Notes: generated by a model from the sequence alone, not told the origin. DNA of 20,000 nucleotides from an uncultured virus (IMG/VR IMGVR_UViG_3300025132_000029) (IMGVR_UViG_3300025132_000029); one strand, 5' to 3'. Shown: positions 9,104-17,317, numbered from the stretch's first letter. A program made the numbers and translations.

Positions 9104-9489
9104 TGAGTGGATTAGATAACAGACCAAAGACAATATTTTGTGATATAGATGGTACATTAGTAAAACACATGGCACCATCAGAAGCAACATCTCCATATAA
9201 CAAAATGGAAGTAATACCTGGAACAATTGAAAAATTATTAGAGTGGGAAAGAAGAGGTTACAATATAATTTTAACAACTGGTAGAAAAGCATGTATGAGA
9301 AAACAAACTGAAAATCAACTTGCTGAGGCTGGGATAGTTTATGACCAATTAATAATGGGATTTGGTGGTGGTGCAAGATACTTAATAAATGATATGAAAA
9401 TAGATGGAAGAAATGCCACTGCATTTGCAATAAACCTTAAAAGAAATACCGAAGGAATAAAGGATATAAATTTAGACCTTCCGTACTAA
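9103..9489 (+). CDS. Capless HAD phosphatase (resembles capsule-biosynthesis / PNKP-type phosphatases)
   Basis: IFCDIDGTL, LTTGR, YDQLIMG, YLIND. Confidence 0.8.
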   Translation: MSGLDNRPKTIFCDIDGTLVKHMAPSEATSPYNKMEVIPGTIEKLLEWERRGYNIILTTGRKACMRKQTENQLAEAGIVYDQLIMGFGGGARYLINDMKIDGRNATAFAINLKRNTEGIKDINLDLPY

Positions 9490-9500
9490 TTGAGATAGTT

Positions 9501-9722
9501 ATGATAATAAGAACAACTAATAAAAATAATAAATACGAGTATTCAAAGTATGAACCAGGTGATGTGTTTGAAGTAATAAATGATTTTGGTGAATACTATA
9601 CTGCAAGATTTTTGTCAGGTAGTAAAGCAGATGATATATGTGCAGTTAAAAAAACAGATTGTGTACAGGTGCATTTAGGTAGTTATAAAACACCAGGCCC
9701 AGAATCAATGACAACAGATTAA
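9501..9722 (+). CDS. Hypothetical small beta-rich (possibly SH3-like) protein
   Basis: 73-aa ORF filling the gap within the operon; YEPGDVFEV pattern. Confidence 0.55.
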   Translation: MIIRTTNKNNKYEYSKYEPGDVFEVINDFGEYYTARFLSGSKADDICAVKKTDCVQVHLGSYKTPGPESMTTD

Positions 9723-9723
9723 T

Positions 9724-11310
9724 ATGAATAACACAACAGTAATAATACCAGCAGCTGGGTTGGCAACAAGAATGAGGCCACTTTCAAGTAACATGTCAAA
9801 GGCAATGATACCTGTTTGTGGTAAACCTATTATTTCATACATTATAGATGAATTATTAAAATATGATAGTGTAAATGAAATAATCATTGTTGAAAATAAA
9901 TTGCATGATATTAGTGAGTTTGTTAAATCTACATATTCATTTGTTGAAAACACATTTAAGTTTGTTGAACAAAAAAACCCTAAAGGGCCACTCCATGCAA
10001 TTGAAGTAGGTTGGAAAAAATCAACAAAGAAAGACAACTCTATATTGGTCTGGTTAGGTGATACCATTTGTCGTGATAAATTAAATTTTGATAGTCCAGG
10101 ATTTTTAGGTGTATCAAAAATTGAGCAAAAATCAAGATGGTGTTTAGTTGATAGTGACGGTAAAACATTTTATGATAAACCTGATACAGATGTACCAACA
10201 GATTCTGCTCTTATTGGTTTATATTATTTCAATGATAGAAAATGGTTTAATGATTCCATTAAGAAAGGAATGAATAAACCTCAGCATAAAGGTGAACATC
10301 AAATAGCTGCACTACTTTCAGAATATCTTACATATATACCTAAATTTGAGCTATTAGATACTAAAGAATGGTATGATTGTGGTGAATTAAAAACATATTA
10401 TGAATCAACAGCCCGTTTAATGCAAGGTTCATCTAGAGAGTTCAATACACTTGAGATAGATACATTTTTAGGTACAATTACTAAAAAGGCAACTGGTGAT
10501 AAAGCACTTAAGATTGAGAAAGAAAAGACTTGGTTTAGTACATTAAGTGATACACAAAGACTATTTGTACCACAAATTTTGGATTCACAACATGGTGAAA
10601 TGAAAATGTCATGGGAGGCAGGCACACCACTAAATGAAGTTTGGTTATATGAAAGAATGAATGCTGATACATGGATAGGTGTTACAAATTCAATACTTGA
10701 CATATATCATAGTGTATTTTACAAGCCAGGAAAGGAAAGACTTGCAGATTGTTATGAAATGTATATTCAAAAAAACATGGACAGACTTGACGAATACAAT
10801 GTATATACTACTCCAGGGCCGATAAGAATTGCAAGAGAATTTATTAAAACTTCTGGACTAAAACTATTAAAGACAACTTGTTGGAGTGATAGAATTCATG
10901 GTGATTTACATTTAGGTAATATGCTATTTAATAGTCATAATGGTAGAATTAAGTTGTTAGACCCAAGAGGATATTTTGGAATGTCTAAGTTTTCAGGTGA
11001 TTCACAATATGATATGGGTAAATTATTACATGATTGGTACTGTGGATATATGATGATAGTTTCTGGAAGATATCACATTGAGAATAATAAAGTAATACTT
11101 CACTGGGATGAAGAAAAACAAAAAAAGATATTAGTTAATATGTTAATTAAAATGAAAGGTTATGGTTATGATGTTGAAAATATTAAGAGACTTGCAATAA
11201 TGTTCTTTTTAACATGTCTTCCTTTTCACAAAGATAACCCTGACCGTCAAAATGCATTTTGGCTAAGAGCTATGAACTTAATAACTGAGGAATTTAGAAA
11301 TGAAAAATGA
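9724..11310 (+). CDS. Bifunctional sugar-phosphate nucleotidyltransferase plus APH/choline-kinase-like phosphotransferase
   Basis: N-terminal IIPAAGLATRMRP...KAMIPVCGKP, WLGD, WYDCG; C-terminal IHGDLHLGN, LLDPRG, YDMGKL. Confidence 0.85.
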   Translation: MNNTTVIIPAAGLATRMRPLSSNMSKAMIPVCGKPIISYIIDELLKYDSVNEIIIVENKLHDISEFVKSTYSFVENTFKFVEQKNPKGPLHAIEVGWKKSTKKDNSILVWLGDTICRDKLNFDSPGFLGVSKIEQKSRWCLVDSDGKTFYDKPDTDVPTDSALIGLYYFNDRKWFNDSIKKGMNKPQHKGEHQIAALLSEYLTYIPKFELLDTKEWYDCGELKTYYESTARLMQGSSREFNTLEIDTFLGTITKKATGDKALKIEKEKTWFSTLSDTQRLFVPQILDSQHGEMKMSWEAGTPLNEVWLYERMNADTWIGVTNSILDIYHSVFYKPGKERLADCYEMYIQKNMDRLDEYNVYTTPGPIRIAREFIKTSGLKLLKTTCWSDRIHGDLHLGNMLFNSHNGRIKLLDPRGYFGMSKFSGDSQYDMGKLLHDWYCGYMMIVSGRYHIENNKVILHWDEEKQKKILVNMLIKMKGYGYDVENIKRLAIMFFLTCLPFHKDNPDRQNAFWLRAMNLITEEFRNEK

Positions 11311-12571
11311 AAACATTAAAGTCGCTATCTTTGTTTTAGGTGGTGCAATTAAATTTGTAAAAAAGAATCTTAAACGTGCTGATGGAACTAATGAGTATTA
11401 TAAACTTATAAAGTCACTCTGTGCTAATCCAAAAATTGGTGAAGTACTAATTATTCAGAAAAGTGATTGGGGAAAACTTGACGATGAGTTAAAACAAGAA
11501 TATGACCCACGTGGAGTTTTAAGATATATCTATGATGAATTAGACCCAAAGGATATTAGACCTGATAAGGGTGAAGATATGCAATTGACATTAAACTATC
11601 AAAAGCTTGATGAATATCTAAATCACGATGAAACAAAACCAGATTTTGGTTTAGGATTTATTGGACCTGGTTATATGACAAATAATGTTATACCAAATTT
11701 TTTAGATGGTGTTCGTGATCCTAGTTCAAAAGTAAAACTTTTAGGTATGACATATAATTATTCTTCACCAATTGTACACTACTTAAATAAATCAGACCTT
11801 CCTTGGTTTATGATATGTACAGATCCAAGATATACAAAGCCAACATTCAAAGCAAAGGATACTGTAAACTATCCAAAAGAAATAATTGCACAATACAACA
11901 CAACAAGTATTTGGCACAGCTTAAAGGAATATAGAAACGATGCTGAATTTGAAGATAAGACATTAAATGTAAGATATAGTGGAATAGAAAAACTTAATCT
12001 TGTAGATGAAGAAATTATCAACCCAGATAATAGCAGACCTAATAAATTTACAATAGTTGCAATGCAAAGTGTAACAGGTCAAGCAACAAAGGACAAAAGG
12101 TTTGACGCAATTAAGGAATGGATTCTTGACCGTGATACAAACCAAGAGGTTGAAATATATGGAAAATGGAAGGAACACTTTACAGATGGTTACCCACAAT
12201 TTAAGGGATATGTTACACCAGCTGAAATAGACCAAAAGTTTAAGGAAACTAGGTATACATTAGTTGTACCAATTGGACCTGATTGGGTAACAAGCAAATA
12301 TGCTGAGGTACTCTTAATGGGTGTTGTACCTTTCTTCCATCCAACATACGATACACAAGGAAATGTTTTACCACTTAATCACTTTTGTAGGGTTTCAAGT
12401 CCACAAGAATTTTATGATAAAATGAAATTCTTAGATGATGTCCCAGAAAAGAGAATACAATTGGTTAAATTATTACAGGACAATTTAATAAAAAATGTTA
12501 CAGATGGATCATTTGTATATGACATTGTAAATAAATCATTAGAAAACACAAATATAGGAGTTAGAATATGA
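11300..12571 (+). CDS. GT-B glycosyltransferase resembling T4 DNA beta-glucosyltransferase
   Basis: Compared from memory with T4 BGT: ICTDPRY ~ LFTDIRL (catalytic Asp), WVTSKYAE ~ FITLRVWE, YDTQGNVL ~ FDTKHRII, RVSSPQEFYDKMKFL ~ YVNNRAELIDRVNEL. Confidence 0.75.
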   Translation: MKNENIKVAIFVLGGAIKFVKKNLKRADGTNEYYKLIKSLCANPKIGEVLIIQKSDWGKLDDELKQEYDPRGVLRYIYDELDPKDIRPDKGEDMQLTLNYQKLDEYLNHDETKPDFGLGFIGPGYMTNNVIPNFLDGVRDPSSKVKLLGMTYNYSSPIVHYLNKSDLPWFMICTDPRYTKPTFKAKDTVNYPKEIIAQYNTTSIWHSLKEYRNDAEFEDKTLNVRYSGIEKLNLVDEEIINPDNSRPNKFTIVAMQSVTGQATKDKRFDAIKEWILDRDTNQEVEIYGKWKEHFTDGYPQFKGYVTPAEIDQKFKETRYTLVVPIGPDWVTSKYAEVLLMGVVPFFHPTYDTQGNVLPLNHFCRVSSPQEFYDKMKFLDDVPEKRIQLVKLLQDNLIKNVTDGSFVYDIVNKSLENTNIGVRI

Positions 12572-13791
12572 GCGAAATAAAATGGGCAACTATTATCCCA
12601 CTTATAGGTGGTAGTGCAATAGGTTGCAATATGACAACAAAAAATCAACCAGTAGGACACTTAACATATAATGCTTTTGCAGCAAATGAATCACATATTA
12701 GAAGACATTGGCCAGATGTACCATATCATTCTTTAGATGAGGGAACTATTCCTAATTTAGGGTCTCTTGATTTTGTAAATAGTGTATGCCCATGTGCTGG
12801 GTTATCGATGTTAAATTCATCTGCTATTGAAGGTAGTATTAATAAGAGAGGTAGTGATGCTGCACAGAATGAATGGATGTATAAATCAACTAGAGTTGTA
12901 TTGGAAAATTATAAACCTAAAGTATTATGGGGTGAAAATGCACCGGGACTATTTACTAAGCTTGGTGAAGGCGTAGTTGAAAAATTAAAAGCTATTGGAA
13001 AGGAATATGATTATAGTTTTTCAATGATTAAAACAAATACAGAATTACATGGTATACCACAAAGAAGAATTAGAACATTTTACTTTTTTTGGAAAGGTAC
13101 TAAGCCACCTATATTTGATTGGTATAAAAAAGACTGTAAAACATTAGCAGATTATTTAGCAGAAGTACCAGCTGATGCAAGTTGTCAAGATATGTTTATG
13201 GTACCAGGAACTGTAACTGACCACTTTAAGCCATATCAGTTTATTCTTGAAAGAGAGGGTAAAACACATCAGGAATTTGTTGAATGGTGGAATCATGGAA
13301 CGTTATATCAATACCTTGAAAAATATGAACTTGTACATGACTGTATTGATTGGTTAAAGAAATACCACCCAGAAGCAGGCTTTAGTAAAAAGAATGGTAC
13401 AAATACATTTATCAGTATGTTAGAACATGTACTTAAAAAGAGGTCAATGGGATTAGGATATTGGGATAGTTCACCTCATATTTTTAGTAAATCATTTAAT
13501 GCATTGATTGGTAGAAACATGTTTAATGGTGTACACCCAACTGAAAATAGGTACTTAAATGTTAGAGAATTTTTACACTTAATGGGATTACCTCACGACT
13601 TTGCAATTGAAGATGTAAAGCAAGTAAATCATATTGCACAAAATGTACCAACATGTACTGCAAGAGATATGACTGAACAAGTTGTAAAATATATCAATGG
13701 TGAATTACAAACAGCAGATGGCTATTTTGTAAAGCAAGACAATACAAATAGAAAAATTACACAAGAATCTTTACAAACACAATTGTTTTAA
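12568..13791 (+). CDS. DNA (cytosine-5)-methyltransferase homolog with atypical SAM-binding motifs
   Basis: Motif IV CPCAGLS, VI ENAPGL, VIII GIPQRRIR, IX RYLNVRE..LMGLP; motif I is IPLIGG and motif X is AQNVP. Confidence 0.82.
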   Translation: MSEIKWATIIPLIGGSAIGCNMTTKNQPVGHLTYNAFAANESHIRRHWPDVPYHSLDEGTIPNLGSLDFVNSVCPCAGLSMLNSSAIEGSINKRGSDAAQNEWMYKSTRVVLENYKPKVLWGENAPGLFTKLGEGVVEKLKAIGKEYDYSFSMIKTNTELHGIPQRRIRTFYFFWKGTKPPIFDWYKKDCKTLADYLAEVPADASCQDMFMVPGTVTDHFKPYQFILEREGKTHQEFVEWWNHGTLYQYLEKYELVHDCIDWLKKYHPEAGFSKKNGTNTFISMLEHVLKKRSMGLGYWDSSPHIFSKSFNALIGRNMFNGVHPTENRYLNVREFLHLMGLPHDFAIEDVKQVNHIAQNVPTCTARDMTEQVVKYINGELQTADGYFVKQDNTNRKITQESLQTQLF

Positions 13792-13825
13792 TAACTTTTT
13801 TCATATTTTAGTGAAAATAACTGTG

Positions 13826-13861
13826 AAAATATTTTTATTTCCCAAATATTCTAGTTATATT
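13826..13861 (+). promoter_or_regulatory. Putative phage promoter, second copy
   Basis: AAAATATTTTTATTTC-N12-GTTATATT, same as 7275-7310; intergenic, upstream of 13887. Confidence 0.65.
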
Positions 13862-13886
13862 TATATATAAATAATTAATAAAAGAT

Positions 13887-14108
13887 ATGATAAAAAGCAA
13901 AAAAGACAAACCAAGACTACCTATTGAAATAGACCTAACAGGACCAGATGGTAATGTTTTTGCACTAATGGCTATGGCAAACAGGTTCGCAAAAGACTTA
14001 GGTTTAGATGGAAATAAAATAATTGAAGCAATGATGAGTAGTGATTATGAAAATGCTGTTAAAGTATTTGACAATAATTTTGGTTCATTTGTAACATTAT
14101 ATAGATAA
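13887..14108 (+). CDS. Small hypothetical phage protein
   Basis: 73 aa, IDLTGPDGNVFALM...SSDYENAV; preceded by a promoter motif. Confidence 0.7.
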   Translation: MIKSKKDKPRLPIEIDLTGPDGNVFALMAMANRFAKDLGLDGNKIIEAMMSSDYENAVKVFDNNFGSFVTLYR

Positions 14109-14114
14109 GAAAAT

Positions 14115-14480
14115 ATGGAAAATGAAATGATAGATGGAATGGTTTATTCCAAAGAAATGGGACATTATGTAGATGTAGTTGAATGGCTTCAACATGTAAA
14201 GAGTGTAGCCAATACATTAATACCTGGATTTCAATATGATATGAGATTTACATCTTGCACTGATGTTAATGGTAATACCACATATGAACCTTACATAAGA
14301 GTTGCAATGCAAGCTCATGGTGAAGCTATGGTTGAACTGTTTAGTGGTGAAGACATACATTCAGAATTAGATCTTTATGAAGATGAAGACGGTGATGGAG
14401 AATATGGAAGACCAATTATTAGAAAGATTTGGTCAGTTAGATTACCTGGAATAAATTTAGATAGTCAAATAAGTATTTAA
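14115..14480 (+). CDS. Hypothetical acidic protein
   Basis: 121-aa ORF starting 6 nt after the previous stop; acidic patch EDEDGDGE. Confidence 0.65.
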   Translation: MENEMIDGMVYSKEMGHYVDVVEWLQHVKSVANTLIPGFQYDMRFTSCTDVNGNTTYEPYIRVAMQAHGEAMVELFSGEDIHSELDLYEDEDGDGEYGRPIIRKIWSVRLPGINLDSQISI

Positions 14481-14511
14481 CATTAAGTTGTTAATAACTT
14501 TATAAAAAACA

Positions 14512-14541
14512 TAGCATTAATTAGGAAAAAATAGTTATATT
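14512..14541 (+). promoter_or_regulatory. Putative promoter (GTTATATT box at 14534-14541)
   Basis: AAAAAATAGTTATATT is identical to the context at 14856-14871; the upstream block is divergent. Confidence 0.5.
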
Positions 14542-14568
14542 TATTATATAAATCAAAATGGTTACAAT

Positions 14569-14757
14569 ATGAAAAATTTTATCAACAGTACATTATTAGT
14601 TTTAAGCGGATTAGTTTGTCTATACCTTGCATACATTACGGGTACAGGCGAAATACTAAATTACATTAATTTTGCAGACCCTCTTAATGAAATGGGATTC
14701 TTTATGTGTCTTACTTCAATGGGTGGTGGTTTAGTTTATTGCGGATTTGCAAAATAA
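14569..14757 (+). CDS. Small membrane protein (two hydrophobic segments)
   Basis: 62 aa; hydrophobic stretches LLVLSGLVCLYLAYI and GFFMCLTSMGGGLVYCGF. Confidence 0.65.
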   Translation: MKNFINSTLLVLSGLVCLYLAYITGTGEILNYINFADPLNEMGFFMCLTSMGGGLVYCGFAK

Positions 14758-14759
14758 AT

Positions 14760-14834
14760 GGTGGTGATAGCTCAATAGGTTAGAGCATTGGATTGTGGTT
14801 CCAAAGGTTGTGAGTTCGATTCTCATTTACCACC
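14760..14834 (+). tRNA. tRNA-His (GUG)
   Basis: G-1 (14760) pairs with C73 (14834); acceptor GTGGTGA/TTACCAC; D stem GCTC/GAGC; anticodon stem TTGGA/TCCAA with GTG at 14795-14797; T arm GTGAG-TTCGATT-CTCAT. CAA follows, so CCA is not fully encoded. Confidence 0.95.
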
Positions 14835-14841
14835 CAAATAA

Positions 14842-14871
14842 TTTTTATATATCAAAAAAAATAGTTATATT
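14842..14871 (+). promoter_or_regulatory. Putative promoter for the DNA polymerase gene
   Basis: TTTTTAT block at the same offset as in the other copies, plus GTTATATT at 14864-14871, 7 nt before ATG 14879. Confidence 0.6.
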
Positions 14872-14878
14872 ATACTAT

Positions 14879-17317
14879 ATGAATAAATTCAAAATATCAC
14901 GTATTACGTCAAAGTTTGACAAAGGAATGTGGAACATCTATCAATTTGGATATGATGAAGACGGCAAGTTTGTCACAAAAGTAGATAAAGTAAGGGATTA
15001 CTTTTATTACTCATCAGATAACATAAACGACATTATGGGAGTCAATGGACTAGATTTTAGTGACACTCAATTCTATGATAGTTTTTATGGAGAAAAAGTA
15101 AATAGGGTTTACTATAATTCAATAAAAAATCGTAATGAAATATCCAGAAAGTATGGAATGAAAACATATGAAGCTGATGTTTCACCTGAGTTTAAGTTTA
15201 TGTTGGATAAAAACTTAGAGTGGTCAGACAAAAGACATAAAATGTATTATGATATTGAGTGTCATGTTGATTTGGAAAACCCAGATAGTAATAAGCCAGA
15301 AAGAGCTGAACAACCTATTACGTCAATACAGTGTTATTCAACAGAAAAGAAATCGTATTTTGTTTTTGCATGGCATCCAGAATTAACAGAAGAACATGAA
15401 CAACCCAACATATACACTGAAGGTGAAACAACATATGTAATGTGTAAAACTGAAGAAGATGTTATTATGGGATTCATTAATCTTCTAAACGTTAGTCATT
15501 GTGATGTATTGACTGGATGGTACTGTTCTGGTTTTGATATGCCATATATTATTAATAGGTGTAAAAAGTTAGGATTGCCTTATGAAGACATATCTCCAGT
15601 TAAAGATATTTACATGAGAAAAAAAGGTGATTACTGGAGAATCAATATTAGAGGATTAGACCATGTTGATATGATGGAGGCATTACAAGACATGAACTAT
15701 AATCTTCCTAATTGGAAATTGGCAACAGCATCTAAAGAAATACTAGGTGAAGGTGAAATGGAAAAACTCACTGAAGTTACTTGGAAAGATTGGCTAACTA
15801 ATTTTGATGGTTTTATAAAGTATGGTATTCGTGATGTTCAAATTCTTAAAGAGATAGATGAAAAAATACAGTTGTTTGATTTGTATTGTACACTTCAATC
15901 AATTAGTGGTGTAGAACAAATGCCTATGTGCTTTTTCAAATCAGTCGTAGTTGATAGTTATATCTTAAAAGACAATCATAATAAGATCATATTTCCAAAT
16001 AGGATAACACGTCCTAGAAAGAATTATGCAGGTGCAATTGTATTTAACCCAACAGAACCTGGAAGGCATAAAGATGTAACGGTTATGGACTACACATCAC
16101 TTTATCCTACTAGTATTATGTCATTCAATATTAGCCCAGAAACATTTATATGTTCAAAAGAACAATGTGACAATATGGGAATGAACATACAGGATATTGT
16201 TGATAAACTTAAAGAAGAAGACACTGATTTTATTGATACAGGTGAAGATGAAACATTATTTGGTGGTAGGTATTTATTTTATGGCCATTCATACAAGGTT
16301 GGACTTTTACCAAAAATATTAAAAAAGTTATTTTTACAGAGAGTTGAAATAAATAAAGGTTTAGGTGAAGGAAAATATACAGGTGATGATGCTGTTGCAA
16401 TGGATAAAAGACAATGGGCATATAAACTTGTACTTAACTCTGCTTACGGTGCAATGGGTTTTAATTTCTTTAGACTGTACAAACCTGAATGTGCTGATGC
16501 AATTACTTTCTTTGCAAGACAAGCATTAAAATTTGCAACACTAAAGTTTAATCCTGAACATAAAGTTTTATATGGTGATACTGATAGTATATTTGTAAAG
16601 TCAAATGGTAGTACTGAAGATGAAATGAAAGAAAAGCTAGTTAAATTTAATGACATGTTAAGAAATGAATATGTCACAAAATATAACCCAAAAGTTTCAG
16701 ACGAGTATATGATGATGGACCTTAAATTTGAGTATGATTTGGAATACATTTATTTTGGTGAATCAAAAAAGAGATACTATGCAATAATACGAGAATCTGG
16801 TAAAAAGTATATTAGAGGAATGAATATCATTAGAAAGGATGCACCAGAATTCTTAAAGAAAGCACTAAATGTTGTCACAGAAATGGCAATAAGAGATACA
16901 TTAAATTTTGACCACTTAACACAGTTGCGCCAAAAAATAGAAACTATTAATTATAAAGATATTGGTATATCTAAAAAGTTTACAAAGAGATTTAACCAAT
17001 ACTTAAAAAATAAACCACAACACCTAAAAGCTGCATTGTGGGCAAATGAAAAGTTAGGTACAAGTATAACAAATTTAGACGCACCATATTTGTTTTACAT
17101 AAAGAGTAAGTGTGAAGATGATGTAAAGATTAGGGAAAGACAAACTGCAATATGTTTGAATGAAGAAGATTTACATTTGATAGATGATAGAACAGAAGTG
17201 TTTGAAATAGATTATGAAACATATTTTTCAAAACAAGTTTTGGAACAATTAGAAGAGTTCAAATTGATTGAAAATGTTGATAATTTATTACAGCAATATG
17301 AGAGTTTAGTTAGTTAA
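14879..17317 (+). CDS. Family B DNA polymerase with 3'-5' exonuclease domain
   Basis: ExoI YDIE, ExoII GWYCSGFD, ExoIII YGIRD, motif A DYTSLYP, motif B KLVLNSAYG, motif C YGDTDS, KKRY. Start moved to ATG 14879 because the track start (14795) is the tRNA anticodon. Confidence 0.95.
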   Translation: MNKFKISRITSKFDKGMWNIYQFGYDEDGKFVTKVDKVRDYFYYSSDNINDIMGVNGLDFSDTQFYDSFYGEKVNRVYYNSIKNRNEISRKYGMKTYEADVSPEFKFMLDKNLEWSDKRHKMYYDIECHVDLENPDSNKPERAEQPITSIQCYSTEKKSYFVFAWHPELTEEHEQPNIYTEGETTYVMCKTEEDVIMGFINLLNVSHCDVLTGWYCSGFDMPYIINRCKKLGLPYEDISPVKDIYMRKKGDYWRINIRGLDHVDMMEALQDMNYNLPNWKLATASKEILGEGEMEKLTEVTWKDWLTNFDGFIKYGIRDVQILKEIDEKIQLFDLYCTLQSISGVEQMPMCFFKSVVVDSYILKDNHNKIIFPNRITRPRKNYAGAIVFNPTEPGRHKDVTVMDYTSLYPTSIMSFNISPETFICSKEQCDNMGMNIQDIVDKLKEEDTDFIDTGEDETLFGGRYLFYGHSYKVGLLPKILKKLFLQRVEINKGLGEGKYTGDDAVAMDKRQWAYKLVLNSAYGAMGFNFFRLYKPECADAITFFARQALKFATLKFNPEHKVLYGDTDSIFVKSNGSTEDEMKEKLVKFNDMLRNEYVTKYNPKVSDEYMMMDLKFEYDLEYIYFGESKKRYYAIIRESGKKYIRGMNIIRKDAPEFLKKALNVVTEMAIRDTLNFDHLTQLRQKIETINYKDIGISKKFTKRFNQYLKNKPQHLKAALWANEKLGTSITNLDAPYLFYIKSKCEDDVKIRERQTAICLNEEDLHLIDDRTEVFEIDYETYFSKQVLEQLEEFKLIENVDNLLQQYESLVS

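Noticed and set aside
7341..13791. TET/JBP dioxygenase partner for the C5-MTase
   Set aside because: No ORF with an HxD...H 2OG-Fe(II) signature of suitable size was recognised in the window; one could lie elsewhere in the genome.
14795..14878. 28-codon N-terminal extension of the DNA polymerase in the ORF track
   Set aside because: The GTG start is the tRNA-His anticodon, and the extension spans the tRNA 3' half and the promoter; ATG 14879 is preferred.
2416..17317. Inteins or introns in nrdJ or polB
   Set aside because: Both ORFs are uninterrupted and of ordinary length, with no intein or homing-endonuclease motifs seen.
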